Source: an uncultured Planctomycetota bacterium
GTDB taxonomy: Bacteria > Planctomycetota > Planctomycetia > Isosphaerales > Isosphaeraceae
Reading direction: 5' to 3'
Length of the DNA stretch: 64,000 nucleotides
NCBI GenBank assembly: GCA_963845755.1
Contig: CAWJTV010000039.1
Coordinates: 1 to 64,000, forward strand
The notes under the pieces: generated by a model
The model's database searches: none
Seen by the model: the letters and a program-made list of their open reading frames with translations, nothing else
What the model was told of the DNA's origin: nothing
Made by a program: the position numbers and the translations under genes
In this document: positions 37,401-50,904 of the stretch, in pieces
How the letters are laid out: each line of letters opens with the position of its first letter
Numbering within the stretch: position 1 is the stretch's first letter

Positions 37401-38501
37401 TTGCCTGAGCCCGAGTTCCGCGCCGGGCCGTCGGCGGGCCGGGTCCGGCCGCGGACGGCGGTCGAGGCGGAGCTCCTGCAGATCTGGGAGGAGTCGCTGG
37501 GCGTCCGCGACATCGGCCTGACCGACAACTTCTTCGACCTCGGTGGCACGTCGCTGCTGGCGGCGAGCATGTTCAGCCTGGTCGAGAAGCGGTTCGGGCC
37601 GACGCCGATCTCGGTGCTGTTCGAGTCGCCCACCGTGGAACAGATGGCGCGGCGCATCGAGAGCTCGGCCCCCTGGTCGGGCTGGCGGTGCCTGGTCGCC
37701 GTCCAGTCCACCGGCGGTCGCCCGCCGCTGTTCGTCGTCCCCTTAGTCAACGGCAACGCCCTGAGCCTCGTCGGGCTGGCGCGGGCGATGGGGCCGGACC
37801 AGCCCATCTATGGCCTGCAGTCGCTGGGGCTAGACGGCGTGCAGGCGCCCCTGGGCCGCATCGAGGATATCGCGGCGTACTTTCTGGACGAGGTCCGAAC
37901 GCTCCAGCCGTCGGGCCCGTACCACTTGGCGGGGTTCTGCGTCGGTGGGGTGGTAGCCTACGAGATGGCGCGCCAACTTCACGCGCTGGGCTCAGAGACG
38001 GCCCTGCTGGCCCTGCTCGATAGCTGGCCGCCACATCATAGCAAGTCGGAGGATCGGCTGCTCCCCTACGAGACGCCGCTGCTCTGGGCACTCCGCTCCG
38101 CTATGCACAAGATGGTCTCGCTAGAAGTGTGGCGGTGGCCGGCATTCCTGCTTCGCAAGGTCCCTCGCCTGGCGAGGCGGATCCTCGGGGCCCGGGATGA
38201 ATATGACAGCTTGAGTTTCGCGCGCATGCGGGTCGTAACGGCCAATTTGAATGCCCTCGAACGATACCGGCACGAGCCCTACGACGGTCGCATCCTGTTC
38301 GTCGCGGCATCGGAGCACCCCCTGGAGGGTACGGCCGACCCTCGCCTGGTGTGGCTAAAGTCCGCGCACGGTGGCTGCGAACTGCGATACGTCCCGGCGC
38401 AGAACGCCGGCCAGCTCGTCCGATCGCCTTATGTCGAACGCGTGGCGGATCACGTGAACGAAGCCCTGGCCCTTTTGCAGACGGCGTCGTCGTGCCCATG
38501 A
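34429..38501 (+). CDS. NRPS 2: TubC-type docking domain-C-A(Gly predicted)-PCP-TE; frameshifted
   Basis: [71 protein letters not shown] motif GFCVGG. Confidence 0.9.
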
Positions 38502-38794
38502 AACTGATCATTGCACAGTACCCGAGGTCGGGGGGGCGGCTGCTGCAACTGGCGGCCCTGGGCGCGCTCGGCGGGCTGGCGTCCGCGGGACTGCTGGGGG
38601 TCATCAGCGCCGTGCTGAAGCGGCATTCTTCGGCAGCCGGTGACGACCGTTACTTCAACCGGGCTGACCGGCTCATCAAGCTCGATTGCGGCCGGATCGC
38701 CGGGTCGGTCGAGCCGCTCGAGGAGCCGGTCAGCCCGATTACGAGCCAGCCCCTCGCGCGGGGCGTTCATTGTTGGACCGGAGCCCGATCGTGA
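38498..38794 (+). pseudogene. Internally deleted cyclic-peptide export ABC transporter (SyrD/PvdE/YojI type)
   Basis: First TM helix (LLQLAALGALGGLASAGLLGVIS) is fused in frame to the ATPase tail DDRYFNRADRLIKLDCGRI. Only 98 codons. Confidence 0.75.
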
Positions 38795-39575
38795 GCACGG
38801 ATTATCTCATCCGCCCAAGCCCCATTCCGACGGCCGCAGTGCGCCTCTTCTGCCTGCCCCATGCGGGGGCCGGCGCCTCGGCGTATCGCGGTTGGGCCCA
38901 GGACCTGGGCCGGGATATGGATGTCTGTTACGTCCAGTTGCCCGGGCGTGAGAATCGATTCCGCGAACCGCCATTCACGTCGCCCGAATCGCTCGTGGAC
39001 GCCGTGGCGACCTCGCTGGCCCCCTGGGTGGACCGCCCTTACATCCTCTACGGCCACAGCTTCGGCGGGATCGTCGCCTTCGAGGTCGCGCGGGAGCTGC
39101 GACGCCGCGGACTCGGGGAGCCGCGGCACTTCTTCGCGTCCGCCAGCCGAGCGCCCACCTGCCGTGGCCCCATCCGCCCATCACGCAACTCGCCGACGCC
39201 GACCTGCTGCGTGAGGTGAACCGCCGCTACGATTCGGTCCCCGCCGCTATCCTCGAGGACGCCGAGATGCGGGATCTCCTCGTGCCGGCCCTCCGGGCGG
39301 ACCTGCGGATCCTCGAGACGTACCGCCACGCGCCGGGACGACCGCTCACGTGCGGCATCACGGTCGTCGGGGGACGCCAGGATCGTATGATCGCACGGGC
39401 CGAACTCGACGGCTGGAACGAGCACACGGCCGGCGCTTTTCAGCTCCACCTGATCGAAGGCGGCCACATGATGCTCCAGACCGCGCAGGCAACTCCTGGA
39501 CGTCATCGCCGGCACGCTCGAGGCGGGCACGAATCGGCGGCCCGGGCGGCCGGCAGGAGGATGATCAATGCCTGA
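38791..39575 (+). CDS. Type II (editing) thioesterase; frameshifted
   Basis: RLFCLPHAGAGAS, VQLPGRENRFRE, GHSFGG, LRADLRILETY, EGGHM. Confidence 0.9.
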
Positions 39576-42500
39576 GTGTCCGCGGGCTCGCGCGGTGCCG
39601 GACCGCGAGCCGGTCGCCATCATAGGCATGGGGTGTCGGTTCCCGGGCGCGAGCGGGCCGGAGGCGTTCTGGCAGGTGCTCCGCGACGCGCGGGACACCG
39701 TCGGCGAGTACCTGCCGGGGCGCTTCCCATTCATCGACTCGGTCTACGCGGGCACGAGCCCGGCCGGCCGGGTGGCGACCCGGGCCGGCGGGTTCCTGCC
39801 CGGACTCGACGGGTTTGACGCCGAGTTCTTCGGGATCTCGCCGCGCGAGGCGGCGTTCCTCGACCCCCAACTTCGCCTCCTGTTCGAGGTGAGTTGGGAG
39901 GCGCTGGAGGACGCCGGCCTTCCGCGCGAACAGCTCGCGGGGAGCGCCACCGGGGTCTTCATGGCGCTCTGGAACAGCGACTATGAGCTGGCCCTCCGCG
40001 ACGGGCCGCCGGAGCTCGATTTCCATTCCACGCTGGGAACCGGCCGCTACTCGGCCTCGGGCCGGCTGTCGTACTTCCTAGACCTCCGGGGCCCCAGCAT
40101 GACGTTGGATACCGCCTGCTCGTCGTCCCTGGTCGCGATCCACCTGGCTTGCCGGAGCCTCTGGTCGGGCGAATGCGAGATGGCGCTGGCCGGTGGCGCC
40201 AACGCGATCCTCCGGCCCGAGATCAGCCTGATCTATTCGCGAGCGGGCATGCTCTCGCCCGACGGGCTCTCGAAGTTCGGCGATGCCTCGGCCAACGGGT
40301 ACGTCCGCAGTGAGGGCGCCGGAGTGCTGGTGCTGAAGCCGCTCTCGAAGGCCCTGGCCGCGTGCGACAGAATCGAGGCGCTGATCCGGGGCGGCGCGGT
40401 GAACAACGACGGCCAGAGCAGCGGGCTGCTGGTCTCGCCGAGCCGCGAGGCGCAATCCGACCTGCTGCGCCTCGCGCTGGCCGACGCAGGCATCGGCCCC
40501 GGGTCGGTGGATTACATCGAGGCGCACGGCACGGGGACGCCGGTCGGCGACCCCGTGGAACTCGAGGCGATCGGCCGCGTGATGGCTGAGACCCGCGGCC
40601 GCCACTCGCCTTGCCGGGTCGGATCCGTCAAGACCAATATCGGCCACGTCGAATCGGCAGCCGGTGTTGCCGGCGTCATGAAGGCGGCCATGTCACTGCG
40701 CCACGGGGTGATCCCGGCGAACTTGCACTTCCACACGCCGAACCCGCGCGTGCCCTGGGAGGAGTTGCCCATCGAGATCCCGGTCGAGCCCGTGACCTGG
40801 CCCGACTGTGGCGCCCGCGCTTCGCCGGCGTGAACGGTCTGGGGATCACCGGGACGAACGCCCACGTCGTCCTCGAAAGCGGCCCGCCCGAGCCCGGCGA
40901 GAAGCGTCCCGAGTCGGGCGACGACCGGGCACATGTCCTCTGTCTTTCGGGGCACACCGAGGCGGCGCTGCGGGCGCAGGCGGATGGATGGGCCGGACAC
41001 CTGACATCGACGGATGCATCGATCGAGGACGTTTGCTATACGGCGGCGCAGGCGGAGGAGTCATCTGGAGCACCGGCTCGCGGTCGTCGCCGGCGGCGCG
41101 CGGGGTCTGCACGGGCAACTGGCGGCGTGGCGAGTCGGCGAGCCGGCGAGTGGCGTCTTCGCGGGGCAGGTACGCCCGGTCGCGGCCTGGAAAACGGCAT
41201 TCGTCTTCCCCGGCGCGGGAGGGCAGTGGCCCGGCATGGGCCGCCGGCTCTTCGAGGCCGAGCCGGTGTTCCGTCAGGCCATGGAGGCCTGCGCGGCGGC
41301 CGTGAAACGGAACGGCGGTCCCGACATCCTCGCCGAGATCGACCGCCCTGCGGAGACCTCGCGCCTCGGGGCGATCGACATCCTGCAGCCGCCCCTCTGG
41401 GCCGTGCAGGTGGCGCTCGCCGCGTTGTGGTCGTCCTGGGGCGTCCGGCCAGATGCCGTGATCGGGCACAGCCTGGGTGAGGTGGCCGCGGCGGTGGTGG
41501 CGGGGGCGCTCTCCATCGACGACGGCGCGGCCGTCATCTGTCATCGTAGCCGGCTGATGGGGCGCGTATCGGGACGTGGCCTGATGGCAGTGGCGGGCCT
41601 CGCGACCGAGGAAGTCGCGGACTGGATCGCTCCTTACCGCGGTCGGGTGTCGCTGGCCGGGCTGAACGGCCCGCGATCCGCGATCTTCTCGGGCGATCCC
41701 GACGCGATCGAGGACGTACTGGCCAGACTGACCGGAAAGGACATCTTCAGCCGCCGGATCAACGTCAACATCGCATCTCACTCAGCCCAGATGGACGCGA
41801 TCCGCCCGGAGTTCGAGTCCTGCCTGGGGTGGATCCAGCCCGGTTGCCCCCGGATCCCGTTCTACTCGACGGTGACCGCCCACGTCGTGGACTCCCCCCA
41901 CTCGACGCCGAATACTGGGGCCGCAACCTCCGCCAGCCCGTCCTGTTCTGGCCGGCCCTCCAGCGGCTGTTGGCCGACGGGTATAACGCCTTCATCGAGA
42001 TCGGCCCACACCCGGTGCTGCTGCACTCGCTCGAGGAGGCGGTGCGGAGGCGTGACGCCGTCGCCGCGGCGTCGAACTCGTCGGGACGACGATGAGACCG
42101 TCGCCATGCGACGCGGCCTAGCGACGCTCCACGTGGCCGGCTTCCCGGTCGACTTCCGGCACTTCTATCCTCGCGGGCGCATGGTAAGGCTGCCGCTGTA
42201 CGCCTGGCAGCGCGACCGCCACTGGATCGACGTCGGTGAACGTGGGTCCGAGACCGACGGGGGTCGGGTGCTCGGCCCTCCGATCGAGGCTTCGGTCGCC
42301 CCCGGCACCTGGCTCTGGTCCGTTCGCAGGCCCGGGACGGATCCGACGTTCGTCGCCGAGGCCCTAGCGGAGGCGGCGCCGGTCTTCGCACCCGGGGCGA
42401 TATCGGTATCGAATATCGAGTTCTCGTCCGAGTTCGAAGGGGACCTTCAACTCGCCGTCACTGAAGGGGGGCAGTTCCAGGTCGCGAAGCGATCCGAGGC

Positions 42501-44712
42501 CGGATGGGAGGTCTGCTGTCGCGGCGATGTTCAACCGATTGCCGCGGTCCGGCCGGTCTTCGGCGTCGCCGCGGCGACGCCGGCAAACGGCGCCCGCATG
42601 GCGGAGGGCGAGCCGTCCGGCGCGGCCTCGAGTGCCGTGCCCGGGCCAGCCCTGCCGCCGCTGACGCCGGGCTCGATCGGCCAGTCTGATCTCGCCTCGC
42701 GGGCTCACCATGGTACCGACCATCGCCGCTCCGCGGACCGCCTGACCGACGCGGGCACGCCCGTGGACCACGGCGTCCTCGCCGCCGCTCGCCAGGAGGC
42801 CGAGGACTTGGCCGGATGCCCATGCCGCCTCTCCGGCATCGGACGACTGGATATCCTGCCGTTCACTCGCTCCTCGAAGGTCGTCCTCGCCGCCGGCCTC
42901 GGCGGGTCGGAAATCGTCATTCGCGGAGAGCTTCGGGACGGCGACGAGACGCTCGCCACCAGCTTCGAAGGCGTGCGCTTCGACCCATCGAGACGGCAAA
43001 TGCGGCGGCCCACCTTTACGCGAGGCGCTGGCGTGACGCCGAGCGAGGCTCCGATCCGACGTCGCCGAAGAGGGTCTTCATCATCTCGGCTGACGCGTCG
43101 AGGCGAGAACTCCTGGCGGCGGAACTCCGACGCGTCGAGGTCGGTATCGCATCCGACGCATCCGGTGCCACGGACGTGGTCTGTCTCTGCTCCCAGCCCA
43201 TCGACCTCGTCCACGCCGCGAAGGCATTCTCGTCGTCGGCCCCCCGATTCTGGGCCGTGACCTCGAGATCCCTGTCAGTGGCCGGCAGCGACGATTTCGA
43301 TGTTACGCAGGCGCCCGCAACCGGATTAGTCAGCGCGCTCCGTCGGGAGCACCCGGAGTTGAATTGCTTTCATATAGATGTGAGCAATATTTCGGATTTT
43401 GATGTATTGGCCCGATTGATCGTGGCAGGGACATCCGAAGAGACAATCGTGTTGCGAGGGGCCGCAACTCGATCTCCCCGGTTCGAACGCCTGGAGGCCG
43501 GAACGAAGGAGGTCGCGTTTCGGGGAGATGCCACATATCTAATTTCGGGCGGCCTGGGCGGTGTCGGCCTCACGGTTGCCCGTTGGCTCGCGCGACGGGG
43601 AGCCGGCCATATCGTGCTCGTGAGCCGGCGCGATGCCTCCGGCCGGGCGATCGAGATCATCGAGGAGCTTCGCGCGGCCGGCGCCGACGTTCGGATCATC
43701 TCGGCGGACGTCGGCGATCCCGAAGCGGTCCGGAGAGTGCTGGCGGCCGCCAGCGACGGCCTGCCGCCTCTTCGTGGCGTCTTCCATGCCGCGGCAGACG
43801 TCGAGGACCGTGCCTTCGACGCGATCGACTACGAAGCGATGCGCCGCGCACTGCACGCCAAGGTCTCCGGCGCTCTCAACCTGCACCACCAGACCGCTGG
43901 TCTGGACTTCTTCGTGCTCTTCTCGTCGATCGCCGCGACCCTGCCTCAGCCCGGGCAAGGGATTTACGCCGCGGCCAACAGCGCGCCTCGATGCCCTGGC
44001 TGCCGAGCGGCGTCGGCTGGGCCTGCCGGCGGTGAGTATCCAGTGGGCAGGGTGGTCGGAGACCGGGCTCTCGAACGCGGCAGGGGCTCGGCGGAATCTG
44101 GAGGGCTTGCTCCAGCATGGTATTCGGCCGCTCACTCCCCAACTCGCCGTCGAGGCGCTCGGCTTGGCGCTGTGTTCCGACACCTCGTGCGTCCTGGCGG
44201 CTCCCGTCGCCTGGGATCGCTTTGCGCGGACCTGGGAGCCATGCCCACGTTCCCTGGCCGCGCTCCTCGGAACGCCGCAGTCCGAGAAGCAGCATGACAA
44301 AGATTCGTTCCGCGGCATCCTCGAAGCCGCTCGACCGGGCGAGAACGTCAACCTGCTGGCACGGCATCTGCGCGAGGAGCTAGGCCGGGTCTTGAAGATC
44401 CCGCCTGGGCGGATCCACGCGCACAAACCCTTCGGGGCCTACGGCCTGGACTCGCTGCTTTCCCTCGAGGTCGCACGCCGACTGGCGCAAACACTCGGAC
44501 TCCGGGTGCCGGTCACCGCGCTGTTCAACTTCCCCACGATCGAGACGCTCGCGGCGGAACTCGGCCGTCGCCTCGGTTTCGAGGTCAACCCGCGAGAGCC
44601 GGTCGTCCCCGTAGCTGCCGGCGCGTTCCCTTCTCCAGGAGCGACCGTGCCGCTGACGGAAGATGAGGCCATCCTAGCCCTGATCGGGGAGATGGAGGGT
44701 GCCCATGAGTAG
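39568..44712 (+). CDS. Type I PKS: KS-AT-DH(degenerate)-KR-ACP; frameshifted
   Basis: DTACSSS, HGTGT, GHSLGE, NIASH, no HxxxGxxxxP, SGGLGGVG, GQGIYAAAN, GLDSL, C-terminal docking helix LTEDEAILAL. Confidence 0.88.
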
Positions 44713-47700
44713 CTCGCTCTCCGCCGCGAGGTTGGCGCTATCGATCCGGCAATTGCAGAACGAAAACGCCGACGTTGAACTGCTGGCGTCCGAGCCGGTC
44801 GCGATCGTCGGCTTGGGCTGCCGATTCCCGGGCGGAATCAACTCCGCGGCGGGCTACTGGCAGTTCCTGCGACGCGGCGACACGGCCATTACCGAGGTGC
44901 CGAAGGACCGGTGGGATGCGGACGCCTGGTACTCGGCGGATCACCTCTCCCCCGGCAAGACGAACGGTCGCTGGGGCGGATTCCTCGAGGGTGTCGATCG
45001 ATTCGACCCCGCGTTCTTCGGCATCGCGCCTCGCGAGGCTCTCGCCATCGACCCGCAGCAGCGGCTGCTGCTCGAAGTCGCCTGGGAAGCGCTTGGCGAC
45101 GCGGGGTACGCGCCCGAGAATCTCGGTGGTAGCCCGACCGGCGTCTTCTGCGCGATCTACAGTTCCGATTACGCCCGCCTCCTGCTGAGGGATCGCGCCG
45201 CGATCGACTCCAACACGTGCGCCGGCGCCGCCAACAGCATGGCCTCGGGGCGGCTTGCGTACCTGCTGGATCTGCGCGGGCCCGCGATCTCCGTCGATAC
45301 CGCGTGCTCGTCCTCACTCGTCTCCGTCCACCTGGCCGTGCAGAGCCTTCGCACCCGAGGTTGCCGGATGGCGATTGCCGGAGGCGTCAGCCTCAGACTG
45401 GCGCCGGAGCACTATCTGTGCCTTTCCCGTCTCAACATGCTGTCGCCCGACGGGCGCTGCCATACGTTCGACGCCCGCCGCGAACGGTTTCGTGCCGGGT
45501 GAAGGCTGTGGGCTCGTCGTGCTGAAGCGCCTCGCGGACGCGCTCGCCGACGGCGATCGGATTCTTGCCGTGATCCGCGGGAGCGCGGTGAACCAGGACG
45601 GACGGTCCCAGACGCTGACCGCGCCCAACGGCCGGGCGCAGCGTGAGGTCATCCGGGCGGCGCTGGCCAATGCACGGGTCCGGCCGGCGGAGATCGGCTA
45701 TGTCGAGACCCACGGCACGGGCACCGAGCTGGGCGATCCGATCGAGGTCGAGGCGCTGGCCGACGTGCTCGGCGAGGGCACGACGCCCTGCCTCCTCGGC
45801 GCCGTGAAGACGAACTTCGGTCACCTCGAGGCGGCATCCGGCGTCGCCGGACTGATCAAGGCCGCGCTGACCCTCGAGCACGAAGAGATCCCGCCCAATG
45901 CGGGGTTCGAGGTACTCAATCCACACATCTCGCTGGAGGGCACCCGATTCGCGATTCCGATCGAGCCCAGGCCGTGGCCGCGGGGCCCCGAGCCCCGGTT
46001 CGCGGGGGTCAGCTCGTTCGGTTTCAGCGGCACCAACGCCCACGTCGTGCTGGAGGAGGCCCCACGCGTCCCCGTCGGGGCCGTCGAAGCCGCGGGTCTG
46101 AACCTCCTCACCATCTCGGCACGCACACCCGCGGCGCTCGACGCCCATGTCGAGCGCCACGCCGGGTATCTCGATGCGACGTCGGAGTCGGCCTCCGCGA
46201 TCTGTGCCGCGGCATCGCAGCGCCGTGCGCACTACGAGGAGCGCCTGGCCGTCGTCGGCGGTTCCAGAGCGGAACTGCGGGATCGGCTGCGCGACGTCCT
46301 CGCGGGCCGGCCGGCCTTCGGCATCGCGGGGGGTCGCGCCCGCTGGATCCCGGAGACGCCGCATTCGTATTCTGCGGGCAGGGGTCGCAATGGGCGCGGA
46401 TGGGACTCGGGCTGCATCAACGCGAGCCGGTGTTCCGTGCCGCCCTCGAGGAGTTCGATCGCCGGGTACACGAACGTGCCGGCTGGTCAGTCCTGGAGGT
46501 GCTGGCGGCGGATGAAGCGGACTCGCTCCTCGACCGGACGCAGTATGCCCAGCCCGCCATCTTCGCGGTCCAGGTGGCCCTCGTCCGGCTGTGGGCGGAG
46601 TGGGGCGTCGCGCCGTCGGTGGTGATCGGGCACAGCGCGGGAGAGGTCGCCGCGGCCTGCGTCGCCGGCGCGCTCGACCCGGACGAGGCGGTCCGCGTCA
46701 TCGTGCAGCGCGGTCGGGTGATGGAGGCCGCCGCCGGTCTCGGGCGGATGGCGGCCGTCGCGTTGCCCGAGGGGCGGGTCCGCGAGGAACTCGGTGCCCT
46801 CGACGGTCGGGTCGGCGTCGCAGCCGTGAACTCGCCGGTCTCCACCGTCGTCTCGGGCGAGCCGCAGATGGTCGAGCAGCTCGTGCGAGGGTGGACCGGG
46901 CAAGGCGTCGCCGCCCGGATGCTCCCGGTCGATTACGCCTTCCACTGCGTCCAGATGGAGACCATCGCCGACGCGCTGGCCGCCCGCCTCGGCCGGGTCG
47001 CGGCCCGAGGGCACGAGATCGCGATCCTCTCCACGGTCGCCGGCGACGAGGTCGCCGGGGGCGACCTACAGGCTGATTACTGGAGGCGCAACGTCCGTCA
47101 GCCGGTGCTGTTCCGTCGGGCCATCGGGCGGGCTCTGGCACGCGGCATCCGTTGCTTCATCGAGGTCGGGCCGCATCCCGTCCTGCATTCGGCAATCGCG
47201 GAGTGCGCGGCCGAGACGCACGATCGGGTCGTCGCCGTCGCCGGACTGCGCCGGGGGGCTGACGAACGTTCGGCGCTCCTGGCCGCGGCCGGAGAGCTGT
47301 ATACACTGGGCCACAGGCTCAACTGGCCGGCGATCTGCGGCAAGTCGCGACGCCCGGTGCTCCTGCCCGCATATCCCTTCGAGCGGCGGCGATGCTGGAC
47401 AGCCTCGCGACCGGATTCCGCCGGGCGATCCGCATCGGAGGCGGGACATCCGCTGCTGGGCCTTCCGCTCGATTCGCCAGCGCTCCGCGGCCGGGTGTGG
47501 CAGTCGGAGATCGCGGCGGATCACCCGATGATCCGCGACCACCGGATCTCGGGCTCGTGCATGCTGCCCCTGGCCGCCTATCTGGAGATGGCGCTCGCGG
47601 CGGCCGGCGCAGGCCATGCACTGGTCGAGGTGACCGTGAGCGAGCCGCTGCCGCTACCGGACAAGCGGGTCGTCGCCGTGCAGACTGTCGTGGAGGGTGA

Positions 47701-50700
47701 CCGCTTCGAGATCTACTCTCGGGCCGAAGCGACCTGGAAGCTCCATGCGACGGGGCGACTCGATCGGGCCGCCCAGGCACCGCCGGTACTCGGCGCTCCC
47801 CCTGGCCTCGAGCCGCTCGACGTCGCGGGATTCTACGAGCGGCAGGCGCGGCGTGGCCTGGAGTTCGGTCCCGACTATCGCACGATTCGCTACCTCGAGG
47901 CCGCATCCGGCGAGGTCCGCTCCTCGGTCTTCGTCGGCGAGGCCTCACACGTGGCCTGTCGGGTCGAGCCGGCGCTGCTGGACGGTTGCTTGCAGTCCGT
48001 GATGGCCGCGGTGACGGGCGACGACGAGCTCTACTTGCCCATCGGGATCGATCGGCTGGAGGTCTACCGCCCCGGGGCGACATCCGGACTTTGCCGGATG
48101 CGCCTCCAGCCCGCGTCGAACGCCGAGACGCTGTCCGCGGATTTCGAGATCACGAGCGAGGCAGGATCGGTCATCGCCGCCGGCTCAGGTCTCCACATCA
48201 AGCGCGTGCGCGCCGCGCGGTCGACCTACGAGTTTCGCTGGGAGAGCGGCCCCGGCGTCTCCGCCCCGCGGCGCCGCGCCGGCCGCTGCCTCGTCGTCGG
48301 CGATCCGGCCGGTGCAGCGGCAGCCCTCCGGCTGGAGCTGTCCTGCCTCGGGGCCCCATCCGCGTTGATCCCCGCGCACGCCTGGCCCGGCGATGTCGAG
48401 ATCGCGCCCGAAGATCGGGTCGTCCTGCTCGCCGCGGATGCAGTCTGGGACAACGGCGCCGACCCGACCGGAGCCGCATCGGACGCCTGTCGCATGGCGC
48501 TCGCGGTCATCCGGCGTGCCGCCGAGTCCGCCGGCGAGGTCTGGCTGGTCACCCGGGACGCGCAGCGGGCGCGTCAGGGCGACCTGTGCGAGGGGTTCGC
48601 CCAGGCCACCGTCTGGGGGTTCGCTCGCACGGCGGCGCTCGAGTACCCGGATCTCCGTTGCGTCCGCGTCGACCTGGACGGCAGCGGTGAAGCGATCGGG
48701 TCGCTCGCGGCCGAGCTGCTCGCCCCCGCGGGCGGGGACGATCTCGCCTTCCGGGGCCGCGATCGCTACGTGGCTCGCGTCGTGCCGGTCGCCCTGCCTG
48801 AGACCGGATCGCGACGGCTGACGATCCGCACCCGCGGTTCCATCGACCATCTGGAATACGGGTGGGTCGTGCGGCGCAACCCGCTCGCCGGCGAGGTGGA
48901 GGTCGATGTCGAGGCGTCGGCGCTGAACTTCCGCGACGTGCTCAACGTGCTGGGCGCCCTGCCCGGCGAGCCGGGTCCGCTCGGGCTCGAGTTCTGCGGG
49001 CGCATCGCTCGCGTCGGTCCCGACGTCCAGGGCCTCCGACCTGGAGATCGGGTCCTCGGCCTGGCGTGGGGCAGTTTCGCCGATGCCGTGGTCGCCAGGG
49101 CGGCGGCCGTCGTGCCAGTGCCCGAGGGACTCGATCTCGAGGGCGCGGTCACGTTGCCCAATGCCTTCGCGACGGCCTGGCACAGCCTGGTCGTCGCCGG
49201 CGGGGTCAAGCGTTCCGATCGCGTGCTGATCCACTCGGCAGCCAGCGGTGTCGGCCTGATGGCCGTGCAGATCGCGCGGCACCTGGGCGCGACCGTGTTC
49301 GCCACGGCGGGCAGCGAGTCGAAGCGCGATTACCTCCGCTCGATCGGCGTCGAACGCGTGTTCGATTCTCGCGCCCTGGGATTCGCATCCGAGGTCCTGC
49401 GTGCGACCGACGGCCGCGGCGTCGACCTGGTGCTCAACTCGCTCGCGGGCGAGTTCATCCCCGCCGGCCTGTCCACCGTGGCCCAAGGCGGTCGTTTCAT
49501 CGAGATCGGCAAGACCGGCATCTGGGACGAGTCCCGCGTGGCCGCGCTGGGCCGCGGGATCCGGTACACAGTCGTCGACCTCGGGCCTCTGCTCGACCGA
49601 CAGCCGGACGTTCTCCGATCGTACCTGAACGAGATGACCCGGCTGCTGCAAGACCGGGCCATCCACCCCCTACCGAGGCGGGTCTTCGGCTTCGAGGATG
49701 CCGCCGCGGCATTCCGGTACATGGCCCAGGCACGCCACACGGGCAAGGTCGTGCTGCGCCATAGCGGCGCGTTCCGGACCGAGGGTACCTGGCTGCTCTC
49801 CGGAGGCATGGGCGCGCTCGGCCTGGAGGTGGCCCGATGGCTTGTCGACGCCGGTGCATCGCGCCTGATCCTCGTCGGGCGGAGCGGGCCCAGCGCGGAC
49901 GCCCGCGCGGCCCTGGTGGCCCTGCGCCGCCGGGGAGTGGCGGTCGAGACCCTCGCGCTCGACGTCGGCGACGCCCGGGGCCTCGCCGAGGCCGTCTCGG
50001 GTCGGCCCCTGACCGGCATCGTCCACCTGGCCGGGCTGCTCGATGATGGCATCATCGAGCACCAGTCGTGGGACCGTTTCGCGCCCATCCTCCGGCCGAA
50101 GGTCGAGGGCGCCTGGAACCTGCACGAGATCGCCGGCGGAGAAAGCCATTTCGTCCTGTTCTCGTCGGCCGCCTCGTTCCTGGGCTCGCCCGGGCAAGCC
50201 AGCTATGCCGCGGCCAACGCGTTCCTCGACGGCCTGGCGGCCTATCGAGCCGCGCGCGGGCAGCCCGCGGTGGCCGTGAACTGGGGCGCCTGGGCGGAGA
50301 AGGGGATGGCCGCGTCGGTGATGGGCCGGCGGACCTTGGGTTTCATCCGGCCCATGTCAGCGACCGAGTGCCTTGCCGCCCTGGGTTCCGTGCTTGCCTC
50401 GGGTCGGAGCCAGGTCGCGGTTCTCTCGGCCGACTGGGGGGAGTGGGGCGCGATGGCGGGGTGCTCCCGGGTCGCGTTGGCCATCCCCGCGGCGGCGCCC
50501 GGCGCGACGTCCCGGCCTTGCCGGGCATCGCGAGCAAGCTAGAGTCGACCCCGCCATCGCGCCGGCGGAGCACGCTGGTCGAATACCTGCGAATCGAGGT
50601 CGCCCGCATCCTCGGCCTCGGCGACAACCATCCGATCGACGAGCGGGAGCCGCTCACGCGCCTCGGGCTCGATTCCCTCATGGCCCTGGAGTTCAGGAAC

Positions 50701-50904
50701 ACCCTGGCGATGGCGTTCGAACGACAACTGAGCGCCACACTCCTTTTCGATTGTCCCACCCTGAGCGCCCTGGCCGGTAGGCTGCTCGAGGCGGAACCCG
50801 GCAGAGATGGGGCCGGGCGTGACGGACTGCTGGAGGAGATCGCAGCCATGTCGGACGAAGAGGCCGAGCGACTCCTCGCGGAAGAAATGGGGAGCGGCAG
50901 ATGA
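44705..50904 (+). CDS. Type I PKS: KS-AT-DH-ER-KR-ACP; frameshifted
   Basis: DTACSSS, GHSAGE, YAFH, HRISGSCMLP...DGCLQ, LIHSAASGVG, LLDDG, GQASYAAAN, GLDSL. Confidence 0.92.

Noticed and set aside
39568..44712. Stand-alone iterative aromatic (6-MSA-type) PKS
   Set aside because: It has a C-terminal docking helix facing the next gene's N-terminal helix, a non-malonyl-type AT motif and no intact DH/TH His. Modular use is more likely, though not excluded.
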